A DNA stretch of 64,000 bases, taken from positions 608 to 64,607 of the IMG/VR virus record IMGVR_UViG_3300010356_003652, one strand, 5' to 3'. Positions 18,122-28,444 of the stretch are shown here, piece after piece (position 1 is the stretch's first letter; every line of letters begins with the position of its first letter). The DNA is from a virus. Lineage: Duplodnaviria; Caudoviricetes. The translations under genes and the position numbers were made by a program. The notes beneath the pieces are model-generated. The model did no database searches, was not told where the DNA came from, and saw only the letters and a list, made by a program, of their open reading frames with translations.

Positions 18122-19818
18122 AGCTTAAGAATATTCGATGGAGAAATATAGGTCCATATGGAAATAAATTACAAAAACTAGAATTTGATGAAGAAGGCGG
18201 TCTTTGGGCGGTCGTTGGAAAAAATGGCCACGGTAAAAGTTTCGTTGTTAACCTTCCGAAAATTCTATATTATGGACGTCTTGAGGGATTCCGTAAAGAG
18301 GAAATAGCAAATCGCTTAAATAAACATGGCTGGATTCAGGGAGAAGTAGAAACCAGTCCAGGAACTCTTGTATCCATTGAGAGAAATATATCCCCTCAAG
18401 ACTTAAAAGTTTATAAGTATAGGGAAGGAGAAGCCCCTGATGAAAAGAATGACATAGGGAAAGCGGGCATCCAAAATTATCAAGATTACATCGATCTTGA
18501 AGTTACAGGTCTACCTTATAATATTTTTTCGAATATTATTTCGCTATCGGTAAATGATTTCAAGAGCTTTATTTCTATGACTCCTAGCGATAAGAGAATT
18601 ATTATAGACAAGCTATTTGCAATGGAGATCATTAACAAAATGAATGACTTAGTAAAGAAAGATCTGAGAGAGGTTAAAATCAATATAGATCTCTATGACA
18701 GAGAAATATCAGCTCTTAACAGTTCTATTAAGGGAGCTATGAAGGAGCTAGAAAAGCTAAAGAATAAGGTTGCAGAAGATAATTCGAAAAAAATAAAAGA
18801 GATCGTTCAGAAAATGAAAGATCTAAAACCTAAATTTGAATCCGCACAAAAGAGCCTTGAAGACTTTAAGAAAAAAGAGGAAGAGATCAAAAAAGCTAAA
18901 GAAGTATATTTATCTCAAAAGAGAAACCTCCTAGCTGATATTCAGGCAGTTCAGAAGAAAATAGACTTGTATAATCAAGACAAGTGTCCTACTTGTGAAA
19001 CTCCATTTTCGGATAAGAGATTCTCTCTTCTAAAAGAGAATCTTCAAGAAAAAATGTCAACTCAAAAGACATCTTTAGAGGCTATCGGTGATGGAGTTAA
19101 ATACGATGAAGCTCTAGTTAAATTCAAAGAGAGCATTGCTAAAATAAATGAATATCTAATTCAGGTCCGAACCGGATATAATACCCTTGCGAATAAGCTT
19201 AAAGAACTTAAGGAATATAAGCCTGAAGAGTTTTCATCTATCGAAAATATCATATCTAAGAATACGATTCAAATAAAGAAAAAAGAAGAGGAGAAGGTTG
19301 ACGAGGATTCAAAATATCAATATTTGGCTATTCTTGAAGTGCTCTATTCGGATTCAGGAGTAAAGAAGAAAATATTAGAATCATATCTCCCAACACTAAA
19401 TAAAGAGATAGAATTTACTCTTTCCGAACTTCACTTTCCTTATTCCCTAAAATTCAATACCAATTTTGAACCCAAATTAGAACACTTAGGTATTGACATA
19501 AATGTTGAAACACTTTCGACAGGGGAGAAGAAAAGAGTGGATCTAGCAGTTCTTATATCAATTATACGAATGCTGAAGAGAAAATATCCATCTCTTAACA
19601 TCTTTATGCTCGATGAGGTCTTATCCTCAATCGATGGTGATGGAATATATGATATCATTGGTCTTCTTCAGAGAACTGCAAAAGAGATGAATATGAATAT
19701 TTTTATCATTAATCATTCTCCCTTACCGGTTGAATATTTTTCATATAGGATAGAAATACAAAAAAATGCAGGATTTTCAGATTTGATTATCGAAAAATTA
19801 GATGAGGGGAATTACTAA
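18118..19818 (+). CDS. gp46: Rad50/SbcC-type ATPase (T4 gp46-like)
   Basis: Walker A GKNGHGKS, coiled coils with CPTC zinc hook, signature LSTGE, Walker B MLDE, H-loop INH. Confidence 0.93.
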   Translation: MKLKNIRWRNIGPYGNKLQKLEFDEEGGLWAVVGKNGHGKSFVVNLPKILYYGRLEGFRKEEIANRLNKHGWIQGEVETSPGTLVSIERNISPQDLKVYKYREGEAPDEKNDIGKAGIQNYQDYIDLEVTGLPYNIFSNIISLSVNDFKSFISMTPSDKRIIIDKLFAMEIINKMNDLVKKDLREVKINIDLYDREISALNSSIKGAMKELEKLKNKVAEDNSKKIKEIVQKMKDLKPKFESAQKSLEDFKKKEEEIKKAKEVYLSQKRNLLADIQAVQKKIDLYNQDKCPTCETPFSDKRFSLLKENLQEKMSTQKTSLEAIGDGVKYDEALVKFKESIAKINEYLIQVRTGYNTLANKLKELKEYKPEEFSSIENIISKNTIQIKKKEEEKVDEDSKYQYLAILEVLYSDSGVKKKILESYLPTLNKEIEFTLSELHFPYSLKFNTNFEPKLEHLGIDINVETLSTGEKKRVDLAVLISIIRMLKRKYPSLNIFMLDEVLSSIDGDGIYDIIGLLQRTAKEMNMNIFIINHSPLPVEYFSYRIEIQKNAGFSDLIIEKLDEGNY

Positions 19819-19860
19819 ACATTCCCCTTATTTTTTGATATATAAAATAAAAGTAAATCC

Positions 19861-20805
19861 ATGCAATACGTTTTCGAATCTCTCGAAGAATTCTTATTTG
19901 AGGATTTAGGGACTCTAAAGAAATTTAATCTTCCCAAAGAGCTCCTTCAAAAGATTATAAAATCCCCTGGGGCTTCTTCTTCTGGCGGAAGGGAATCCGC
20001 AATAGAGGTCATAGATAATCCAACTGATTATCAAAAATTATTAAAAGCTTTGAAAGACGAATTCATTGCTGGAATAATTTCTGTTAACGGGGATCCAAGA
20101 GTTTTATTTTATAGATCTTCTGAAAGGAAATTCCAATGCTATAGTATTCACAGATCCAGGGAAAAGGAGGAGGACAGAAGGAAAAGAGATGCGGAAAGAA
20201 AGCAAAGGGAGCTAGAAAGGCAGAGGCAAAATGAAAGCTTAAACGAGGGAAGGAGCAGGAGAGGATATTATAATTATGATCCTTCAGATATGGGAGAAAT
20301 GTCTACTCAATCTCTATCCGATTTTATTAAAGATTTGGAGAGTAAAGAGGGAGGCGTGGCTGTCGAATTAATTAGGCGAGATATGGATAGGGAATTAAAA
20401 AGAAGTGAAAGATGGGAAAGAAGAAAGATAGAGGATCCGCTACGTCAGCCTTCCAGCGAATATTCTAGAGAATCATCCCCATCTCAGCTGAAAAGATATG
20501 AAAAATTCGCTACAAAACAAAGAATAAAAATAGATAAAGATATTGAAGAGCAAAGGGAAAAACTAAAAAAACAAATTGAAGATAATTTCGACAAGGTCTT
20601 TGATAAAGTTATAGCGGATCTCAGGAGAGGCTATTCATGGAATGCAGACCCAAAAAATTTCTCCAGCGAACTAATAAAAGGCATAGACTTTTCCGGAGTA
20701 CAGAAATTAGCAAAAGCTTATGATGCCGTCGAACCAGGAAGAAGAGATCCTCTTTCTATACAAAAAGCTATAAAAACTCTAAAGGACTTAGGATATAATA
20801 AATAA
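19861..20805 (+). CDS. hypothetical, probably virion-internal protein
   Basis: Begins MQYVFESLEEFLFE, internal QNESLNEG; preceded by terminator and GATATATA box. Confidence 0.65.
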   Translation: MQYVFESLEEFLFEDLGTLKKFNLPKELLQKIIKSPGASSSGGRESAIEVIDNPTDYQKLLKALKDEFIAGIISVNGDPRVLFYRSSERKFQCYSIHRSREKEEDRRKRDAERKQRELERQRQNESLNEGRSRRGYYNYDPSDMGEMSTQSLSDFIKDLESKEGGVAVELIRRDMDRELKRSERWERRKIEDPLRQPSSEYSRESSPSQLKRYEKFATKQRIKIDKDIEEQREKLKKQIEDNFDKVFDKVIADLRRGYSWNADPKNFSSELIKGIDFSGVQKLAKAYDAVEPGRRDPLSIQKAIKTLKDLGYNK

Positions 20806-20868
20806 GAAATAATTCGATTTATTTTCACGGCGCTAGAAACTCTAGCGCCTCTTTTTTGTAAAAAGGAT

Positions 20869-22584
20869 ATGAATTTAGAACCATATTTTACAGAGTTTCA
20901 GGAAATCTTTATGCCTGAAAATTTCCAGTGGCGCAAAGGACAAAAAGAAGCAATTGAGCAAATTGTTGAGGTCTATCATAGTAAACAGTATAATACGGTC
21001 ATTCTCGATGCTCCCGTTGGAAGTGGAAAGTCCCTTATAGCAATGTGTTCGTCTTGGATCCTTAATCAGGAAGGCCATAAAGGATATGTCCTATCCTCAG
21101 AAATTTCTCTTCAGGACCAATATGAAAAAGATCTTCACGAATTCCGTCTTGATTGGGGTAGCATTAAGGGCCTTGATAATTACGAATGCATCGATAATTT
21201 TGAAAAGACCTCTATGGGAACTTGCAAAATTATGGGGAAGGAAGCCAGAAAGATGCCATGCTATTCCGAATGCCCATATTATGTAGCAAGAGATAAAGCA
21301 TCTTCAAGTGATACATCTATGCTTAATTACGCCTATTGGTTAGCAATGATGAATGAGGTAAATCCTCGAATGGATGAGGATAAACAGATATTTCCTAAAA
21401 GAGATTTTACATTTTGCGACGAAGCCCATAAGATATTGGATATTATTCAAAGTACCTATTCTCCAAAATTCTCAGAGAAACAAGCTGAAAGAATAGAGAG
21501 ACTTGTAGAATTTTTTGAAGTTCATAAGATGGGGGATTATTATGATGAGGTTCGAATTATCAGAAATTCCATTAAATCTATGTGGGTAGAAGAGGACCAG
21601 TATAAATTATTAGGGCTTATTTCTGCGGTAGCTCTGGCTCTTAATAAATTAGAGGATCCTATAGAGGTATTCAAAGAAAAGATTAAAAAGGATTATGATA
21701 GGAATCCTCCTAAAGAGTGGAAAAGATCCCTATGGACTTCTGATTGGATTATAGAATTCAGATCCAGAATTGTTGAATATATTAACATTATTGACGATAC
21801 TTCTATAAAAAATCTCGTAAAAAATCCAAATTCAGATGAAATAATATTTAATTGTCTCGAAGAGCGATATCTAATGCACAAATATTTCCACAAGCATACA
21901 GGATTTGCTATTCTTATGAGCGCAACCTTTTCTGATCCATCTGCTTATCTTAGAGGGATTTCTCTAAATAGTGCTAAGTATATCAAATTAGAAAGCCTTT
22001 TTGATTTTGAAAAATCTCCCATCTATTTCTATAACTCTCATAGAATGTCTTATAATCATATAGATAAAAATCTACCTTGGCTTATTGATAGAATAAATGA
22101 GATTATAAAAAATCATAAGGGGGAATCAGGTCTTATCCATTCAGCCTCTTATAAGCTTTCTATGGATATTTTTGGTGGACTAACCGAAGAGAATCGAAAG
22201 AGAGTTTTTATATACAATGGAACAGAAGAGAAAAGAAATTTTCTTGACGAGCTTAAGAAAAACAATGATAAGATCCTTTTGGGCCCGTCTCTGCTGGAAG
22301 GCCTTGATATGAAGGATGACTTTGCGAGGTTTATTATTTTTGCTAAGACCCCATATCCTAGCTTAGCAGACAGACTGGTTAAAGCCAAAATGAATAAAGA
22401 TTCTATGTGGTATTCTTTCAAAACTGCTATTTCAATCCTGCAAGGCGTCGGGAGAGGGGTAAGGCACGAAAAAGATTATTGTAAAACCTATTATTTAGAT
22501 GCTACCTTATCGGACCTTATTCATAAACATAGAAATCTTTTTCCAAAAGAGTTTCTTAATCGTATAATTCCTGTATCTATTTAA
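20869..22584 (+). CDS. DinG/YoaA/XPD-family SF2 helicase with a probable Fe-S cluster
   Basis: DAPVGSGKS, Cys cluster (YECID...GTCK...PCYSECPYY), DEAH, QGVGRGVRH. Confidence 0.85.
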   Translation: MNLEPYFTEFQEIFMPENFQWRKGQKEAIEQIVEVYHSKQYNTVILDAPVGSGKSLIAMCSSWILNQEGHKGYVLSSEISLQDQYEKDLHEFRLDWGSIKGLDNYECIDNFEKTSMGTCKIMGKEARKMPCYSECPYYVARDKASSSDTSMLNYAYWLAMMNEVNPRMDEDKQIFPKRDFTFCDEAHKILDIIQSTYSPKFSEKQAERIERLVEFFEVHKMGDYYDEVRIIRNSIKSMWVEEDQYKLLGLISAVALALNKLEDPIEVFKEKIKKDYDRNPPKEWKRSLWTSDWIIEFRSRIVEYINIIDDTSIKNLVKNPNSDEIIFNCLEERYLMHKYFHKHTGFAILMSATFSDPSAYLRGISLNSAKYIKLESLFDFEKSPIYFYNSHRMSYNHIDKNLPWLIDRINEIIKNHKGESGLIHSASYKLSMDIFGGLTEENRKRVFIYNGTEEKRNFLDELKKNNDKILLGPSLLEGLDMKDDFARFIIFAKTPYPSLADRLVKAKMNKDSMWYSFKTAISILQGVGRGVRHEKDYCKTYYLDATLSDLIHKHRNLFPKEFLNRIIPVSI

Positions 22585-22631
22585 TATGGATATAGAATTT
22601 TTGCAAATAAATATTTCTATATATAGAGATT

Positions 22632-23717
22632 ATGGAGGAATGTCTTATTTGTAATAAAAAATTTAAAAATAAGGGGGAACTTTCAAAACACCTAAATAGA
22701 TCCCATGATGGGGCAGAAAAATATTATTTGGAGGATCTTAACCGAAAACCCGGAAAGTGCAAAATTTGCAAAGAACCAACCGAATTCATAAATATATGGG
22801 AAGGATATAAAAATACATGTTATAGAAAAAAATGTAAAAATTCATATGCTCAAATAAAAAGGGAGAGCACTTTTTTAAAAAAATACGGAGCAAAAAACCC
22901 ATCCTCATTGGATTCGGTAAAGAAAAAAATAGGAAATTCCAATAAGAAGAAATCCCGGGAGGCTTCATTAAAAAGAGAGAATACTAATAAGAAAAAATAT
23001 GGTGTAAAAAATCCATATCAGTCGGATGAGATTAAAGAAAAAATTAGGAAAACAAATCTGGAAAGATATGGAAATGAAATACCACAAAAAACTAAAGAAA
23101 TAAAAGAAAAGACTAAAAAAACAAATCGTAAAAAATATGGTGGTAATTCTCCGCAGTCGGATTCTGGGGTTTTTGAAAAATCCAAATCCACAAAGGAGAT
23201 AAAATATGGGAGCCCAAATTATAATAATCCGAAAAAATCCCAAAAAACCCTTCTTAAAAAAACCGGATACAAGCATGCTTTACAGAGCCCCGAATCTATC
23301 AAAAAATTCCGGCTTACCTCAAAATTAAAATTCGGAACCCCCCATCCTATGCAAAATGAAGAGGTCTTTCTAAATTCATTAAGATCTGGGTTTAGATCGA
23401 AAAAATATAGAAATACCGATATTTTTTATCAGGGCTCTTATGAATTGGATTTTTTAGAATCTTTTTATGACACGATTAAAGATTTATCACGGGGTCCGAG
23501 AATAGAATATATTTTTAATGATAAGAAACATTATTATTTTCCCGATTTCTATATCCCTTCAAAAAAATTAATCATTGAGATTAAAAGCAAATATTGGAAT
23601 AAAAAACACATAGATCTAAATTATATAAAGGAAATAGCATGTTTAGAAATGGGATATAATTATATTCTAATTGAAGATAAAAATTATGAAGAATTCGAAA
23701 AAATTATGAATAAATAA
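22632..23717 (+). CDS. free-standing homing-type endonuclease, paralogue of 9038 and 13555
   Basis: CLIC...HLNRSH, CKIC; KKYG/ERYG repeats; YQGSYELDFL, YFPDFYIPSKKLIIEIKS. Confidence 0.72.
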   Translation: MEECLICNKKFKNKGELSKHLNRSHDGAEKYYLEDLNRKPGKCKICKEPTEFINIWEGYKNTCYRKKCKNSYAQIKRESTFLKKYGAKNPSSLDSVKKKIGNSNKKKSREASLKRENTNKKKYGVKNPYQSDEIKEKIRKTNLERYGNEIPQKTKEIKEKTKKTNRKKYGGNSPQSDSGVFEKSKSTKEIKYGSPNYNNPKKSQKTLLKKTGYKHALQSPESIKKFRLTSKLKFGTPHPMQNEEVFLNSLRSGFRSKKYRNTDIFYQGSYELDFLESFYDTIKDLSRGPRIEYIFNDKKHYYFPDFYIPSKKLIIEIKSKYWNKKHIDLNYIKEIACLEMGYNYILIEDKNYEEFEKIMNK

Positions 23718-23761
23718 TTAAATAGTCAATGATCGTGCACGTAAGTAGTTGGCTAGAATTA

Positions 23762-23836
23762 GGGCCTTATAGTTTAATGACAGAACTCCCGTGCTTGCGA
23801 CGGGGAGGTGCGAGTTAAAGTCCCGCAAAAGGCCCT
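23762..23836 (+). tRNA. degenerate tRNA-like element (anticodon ambiguous, TTG or TGC), possibly a pseudo-tRNA
   Basis: GGGCCTT/AAGGCCC acceptor, TAGTTTAATGACAGAAC D-arm, CCCGT/ACGGG anticodon stem, GCGAG-TTAAAGT-CCCGC T-arm; conserved G19, U33 and C56 absent. Confidence 0.45.
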
Positions 23837-23861
23837 AATTCATTTTTAAAAAAATTAAGAT

Positions 23862-24215
23862 ATGAAACCTCTAAAAAATTGGGACGATTTAACTGATGAA
23901 CAGATTGAAGCTATAAATAGCTTTCGTCCGCCTAAATACTATATTTGGTTCTATAAATTCTATAAGAAATTCTTATCCTATTTCTTTTTCTTTGGAATTA
24001 TTGGGGCAGGAATACTTATGGCTATTCATAATGCCTTAAATATTGATCTATTTGATGTTGTTAAGGGACTCTTCTTCGTCCTATTTGGATCAATGCTTTG
24101 GGCTCTAAGTGCTTACTTAACAAAGCACTTCTACACTAAGAAATATGCCAAATCTATAGGCCTTACATTAGAAAACTGGAATTATCTGACAAAAGGATTG
24201 ACTTTCGAGGTCTAA
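23862..24215 (+). CDS. membrane protein, two predicted TM helices
   Basis: Hydrophobic FLSYFFFFGIIGAGILMAI and LFFVLFGSMLWALSAYL. Confidence 0.7.
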   Translation: MKPLKNWDDLTDEQIEAINSFRPPKYYIWFYKFYKKFLSYFFFFGIIGAGILMAIHNALNIDLFDVVKGLFFVLFGSMLWALSAYLTKHFYTKKYAKSIGLTLENWNYLTKGLTFEV

Positions 24216-24242
24216 TCTTAATATATAAATAAAAAGATCTTT

Positions 24243-25580
24243 ATGGCATTATTCCAAAGGTATAATAACGAGAATGTTCTCATAAGAGCTATTATAGCTG
24301 GATTACTTGACGTTCTTAACAACCATATTAAATATAATCAAATATGGGGGAATGATCCGGTAGAAGATATTGAGAGCATTTCCGTTCCTTGGTTCTATAA
24401 TCAATCAGGGGATGAGAGGTTCATGCAGGACTTCTATACTCATTATGCGGAATGCCTACCCCCAAGACCGGTTGATGGAAACTTTGATATGATCCCTAGG
24501 GGAATTCTCACTTATACGGGATCTGGAATAAATGCTCAGCGAATAACCTCAAGATATGTACAAGGACGATATGTTAAAGAAGTAGATGGAAAATTGGAAG
24601 GATTCGTTTCATATCTCTATTCCATACCCCTTAATATTCGATTTGACTGCGAATTATGGGCGGATACGCAATTAACTGCACTTAAGATAGAGCAAGAATT
24701 ACGAGAGGTATTCTATAAGAATGTCACTTATTATGTCTATTATAAGGGGATGAGAGTAGGATGCACAGCAGGATTCCCCGAAGATTTTGCTATTGAGAAA
24801 AAAATCGAGTACTCTTTTGAACAGGAGAATAAGATTAAACTTACCTTCCAGCTAGAAGTAGAATCATATCAACCTGTTTTTGATCCTACCACTGAGATGC
24901 CTGCTAGGAATAGTATCAAAAAATTCACATATCGATTATACGATAAGGATGAGAAAAATGACGGAGATATTCATGATGTTAAAGTAACCTCCCCTTCGCC
25001 AGGATCTGTTATACCTAAGGGCAATCCTATGTGGATCGAGTGGAGTTTCACGAGAGAAGGCGGAATTATGAGGGATGTGGATCTCTATTGGCTTTATGTA
25101 GGCAGCAATGAGTTCAATAAAATTGCGATGGCAGAGACTAATCATGAATACTACATCTGGAATATTCCATCTGATTTTACAAGTTTTAAAGAGCCTGATA
25201 TAATTTGGGAAGAAACACCAATTCTTTCTGTTTCTAGAAAACCTATTCTAAAAATTATACCAGATTTAAATACAGGTCAAATAACCTCTTCGTCATTTAA
25301 AGCTTTTTCAGAGGGATATTTCATAACTCCTTATGATGATGCCTCCATTAATATTCAATTAGAAATGAGAGATGATAATGGAATAGTTTCATATTCAGAG
25401 GAAGGAACTATCTATGCGAATATTAAATACAACAAGATAGATATAAATAATCCGGTAACGGTAACAGATTCTTCCCTGTTCTTCCCAGGGACCGTAGATT
25501 ATAAAAATATAGATATACATGTAGCCAATAGCGTCAATAATGATGTCTTTGGTGTTGTTGCAAATCTCACAATTCTGTAA
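24243..25580 (+). CDS. gp15: tail terminator/sheath stabiliser (T4 gp15-like) with C-terminal extension
   Basis: ISVPWFY, IPRGIL, SIPLNIRFDCELW, EQELREVF resemble gp15-family VP.., LPRM.., PVPYN..F.L; about 200 extra beta-rich residues. Confidence 0.65.
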   Translation: MALFQRYNNENVLIRAIIAGLLDVLNNHIKYNQIWGNDPVEDIESISVPWFYNQSGDERFMQDFYTHYAECLPPRPVDGNFDMIPRGILTYTGSGINAQRITSRYVQGRYVKEVDGKLEGFVSYLYSIPLNIRFDCELWADTQLTALKIEQELREVFYKNVTYYVYYKGMRVGCTAGFPEDFAIEKKIEYSFEQENKIKLTFQLEVESYQPVFDPTTEMPARNSIKKFTYRLYDKDEKNDGDIHDVKVTSPSPGSVIPKGNPMWIEWSFTREGGIMRDVDLYWLYVGSNEFNKIAMAETNHEYYIWNIPSDFTSFKEPDIIWEETPILSVSRKPILKIIPDLNTGQITSSSFKAFSEGYFITPYDDASINIQLEMRDDNGIVSYSEEGTIYANIKYNKIDINNPVTVTDSSLFFPGTVDYKNIDIHVANSVNNDVFGVVANLTIL

Positions 25581-25651
25581 AAAAGGAATAAAAAACGGAA
25601 GAAGTAATAAATATATAGAAAAATGCAATTTATCAAATAATTGAACGAGAA

Positions 25652-27742
25652 ATGATAGAAAAAATTAATTCTTTAAAGAGCAAGACACAAAATAAAGAGG
25701 TAAAAGCTCTTTGCGAAAAAGCAGTATCGAATTTGAATGAAGGAATCTATAGAGATATCCCTTCTCATGCTAAGGTAGAGATCGATAATGCTATTATTAA
25801 AAATCTTTTTGAAAAGCTTTCAGCTATAGATGAGGTTGAAACTCAGGAATGGCTAAATAATTCGAAAAGAGTTTGGTCTGTTAAGAATTTAGGGGTTAGA
25901 GAAGCCGTTAATACATTAACATCTTCAGAAGCTGTTATGAATGGAACGCTAAAACAAACTCTAGACTTCTTCAGAGAGCAGCTAGAATCAGAGCCTGAAG
26001 TACTTCTTTATGAGAGCTTCATTACTGCTATGCAGTCTTTCAGCTATCTTCCAAAAGTCGGAAATGCAGTTCAAGCTATTAAAGACAGAGTGGATAATTA
26101 TGAAGCTGATGTTTCTATAACGAAGATTATGGAAACTATGAAGAAAACTCGAAGCAGCTACTTACTTCCTATTATCGAGGATCTCGTTCAAAATTATCTT
26201 GATAATAAAACCGAGCAGACTAAGAGTTCTCTAAAAGAAGGACTTATAAAATTCTCTTATGATCCATTTATAAGGGATATTATTAATCTTGTTGCTATCG
26301 ACGCTACAAATCTACAGCTCGAATATGCAAATGCTCGTTGTGATATAGAGAAAGTCTTTTCACCAGTTCTCTACCTAGGTGAAAATGAAGCTATCTTCTC
26401 TGTTAGAGGATCATATTATATTAAGAAGGGAAATACTCTTTCTCGTCTAAATAAGGATAGTATCAAGAGATTGGATCCTGAATTCGTAACACTTTGCGAA
26501 GCTATTAATAGTCCTGACGTTGTTATTGATGGAAAATCAATTTCTGTCTATAAGGGAAGTGATAAAGCTGTTATTACAGAAAAGGGAGTAACCCTAAATG
26601 GTCAGGCATTCACTAATGAAGACTATCATAATTCAGCAAAAATTGCTAAATGGACTGGTAAAGGAACTCTCCTATCTCTAGTAGAAATGCTTAGACATAA
26701 TTTTAATGAAATTGCAGAAGTTGATTTCGCTAAAAGAGTATTCCTAAAAGAGAATAGAGAATATGCAGCTGACGTATTTAAGCTAAGGGATAATATTTCT
26801 ATAACTACCTTTGACCCTCAGATGGGTAAAGGAACTTTCTATAGAAATGTAAATCCAATACAGGCTAAAAAACTTATGATGGAACATCTTCGTTTCGATA
26901 TGTCTGGTACTTTCAGAGATCTTCTTCCTGCTGAAGAAAAGATTAATGAGGAAATCGAAGAGACTAAGAAGGAGTATGCAGCTTGCATTACAGATCTAGA
27001 GAATAAAATCTATGAATTTAAATCTGCTCCTTTCCAATCTAAATCAGTTCCTGCCGTTATTGAGGCCTTAGAAGAGGAATTAGCTGGAGTTAAAGAAGAA
27101 TACAAGGATTATCTAAATCTTGTTGAAAAACATACGAGGATACCTAAAGGAGATATTTCAGAAGCCAAACTTACTCTAGATATTGAAGGCCCTCTAAATA
27201 TTGAGGTTAACGGCCAGAAATATACTGTTCCCATCCCTGCAGAAGCAGCTGGTGGAGAAGGAGAAGTTTCTTCGGATGAGTTTGGATCTGAAGTTGGAGG
27301 TGACGAGATAGCAGGAGAACCTGCTTCTGCAATAACTTTCGATGATAGCGATACCGAACTATTGGGCGATTCTCCATCAATTCAGGCAGATGAGGTAACT
27401 CTAGGTTCTGATCGGGTTGAAGCTGATGCTGATGCAGCAGAAGCAGAAGCTGAATTAGGTGCTGAAGAAGAACCTGCTGAAGGAGAAGAAGGTGTTGAAG
27501 GTGAAGAAGACGGCGAAGAACTAGGTGCTGGTGAAGAAGGCGGAGAGGGAGAGATCAAAATAGGTGACGAAGGAGAATTGGACCTAGGTCTTGGTGACGA
27601 AGAAGGTGTTGAAGGTGAAGAAGGAGGAGAAGAAGCTGAAGAGGAAGAGGAAGAAGGAGAAAAAGTTGAAGATAGCACTTCCAATTCTATAAAGCCAAAG
27701 GAGTTAAAGAAAAAAGTATATCTTAAGAAAAAGAAAGCTTAA
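25652..27742 (+). CDS. large hypothetical structural (possibly head/scaffold) protein with an acidic Glu/Gly-rich tail
   Basis: 696 aa; coiled-coil segment; C-terminal EEGEG-type low complexity ending in a basic KKKVYLKKKKA; late-type box upstream. Confidence 0.6.
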   Translation: MIEKINSLKSKTQNKEVKALCEKAVSNLNEGIYRDIPSHAKVEIDNAIIKNLFEKLSAIDEVETQEWLNNSKRVWSVKNLGVREAVNTLTSSEAVMNGTLKQTLDFFREQLESEPEVLLYESFITAMQSFSYLPKVGNAVQAIKDRVDNYEADVSITKIMETMKKTRSSYLLPIIEDLVQNYLDNKTEQTKSSLKEGLIKFSYDPFIRDIINLVAIDATNLQLEYANARCDIEKVFSPVLYLGENEAIFSVRGSYYIKKGNTLSRLNKDSIKRLDPEFVTLCEAINSPDVVIDGKSISVYKGSDKAVITEKGVTLNGQAFTNEDYHNSAKIAKWTGKGTLLSLVEMLRHNFNEIAEVDFAKRVFLKENREYAADVFKLRDNISITTFDPQMGKGTFYRNVNPIQAKKLMMEHLRFDMSGTFRDLLPAEEKINEEIEETKKEYAACITDLENKIYEFKSAPFQSKSVPAVIEALEEELAGVKEEYKDYLNLVEKHTRIPKGDISEAKLTLDIEGPLNIEVNGQKYTVPIPAEAAGGEGEVSSDEFGSEVGGDEIAGEPASAITFDDSDTELLGDSPSIQADEVTLGSDRVEADADAAEAEAELGAEEEPAEGEEGVEGEEDGEELGAGEEGGEGEIKIGDEGELDLGLGDEEGVEGEEGGEEAEEEEEEGEKVEDSTSNSIKPKELKKKVYLKKKKA

Positions 27743-27746
27743 TAAT

Positions 27747-28409
27747 ATGTCTAAAGAAAAATTTCGCGAAAAAATATTAGAATTCAAAGTTGCTGAGAAG
27801 AAAAAGACTCAGAAACTAAATGAATCCGCTCAAGTTGGAGATAAAGTTGTCTTTGACGGAAAGAAAGGCTTTGTTATTGGGCAGGCATCAAATGGAGATC
27901 TTCTTGTTCAAGTTCAGGGATCATCCCAATTTGTAAGTCCCAATAAAGTTAAAGTTGCTGGTATAAAGGCAAAAGTAATGGAGCCTCCCTTCAAATTTGA
28001 TGAAAAGACTCAGAAGGTTCTTTTTGAACAATATGTAAGATGCGGAATTTTCATGGGAAATACTCCCGTTAAGACCCAGAATTGCTATATAAAGTATTCT
28101 CATTGGAAGGATGCTAAATTAGATGAAAATGTAAATGTCATGTCCGACGGACAATTAAATATTCTGCCTAAACAAAATGTAAGGGTTTTTGAAGATCCTA
28201 ACGAATTTGCTAATCCAGAAGATTATGTTGAAGGAGTTGTTGTAGATAAACTTTCCGGAGACGTAACGGCTAATGTGTTAGTTAATGCTATTGATTATAC
28301 AAAGGCATTAGGGGATGCTGATCCGGTAAGAATCATCAGAGGCCCAGAAAGTGACAGCCCACAATTAGAGACATTGCCAAAAGCTCTTATAAGGACACTT
28401 TCTGTCTAA
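27747..28409 (+). CDS. hypothetical protein with a KOW/SH3-like segment
   Basis: LNESAQVGDKVVFDGKKGFVIG. Confidence 0.65.
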   Translation: MSKEKFREKILEFKVAEKKKTQKLNESAQVGDKVVFDGKKGFVIGQASNGDLLVQVQGSSQFVSPNKVKVAGIKAKVMEPPFKFDEKTQKVLFEQYVRCGIFMGNTPVKTQNCYIKYSHWKDAKLDENVNVMSDGQLNILPKQNVRVFEDPNEFANPEDYVEGVVVDKLSGDVTANVLVNAIDYTKALGDADPVRIIRGPESDSPQLETLPKALIRTLSV

Positions 28410-28444
28410 AAAAACAACATAATATAAAAGAAAGAATATGAAAA

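Noticed and set aside
27400-27700. GAAGAAGG-type nucleotide repeats
   Set aside because: Explained by Glu/Gly codons in the low-complexity protein tail, not a DNA-level repeat array.
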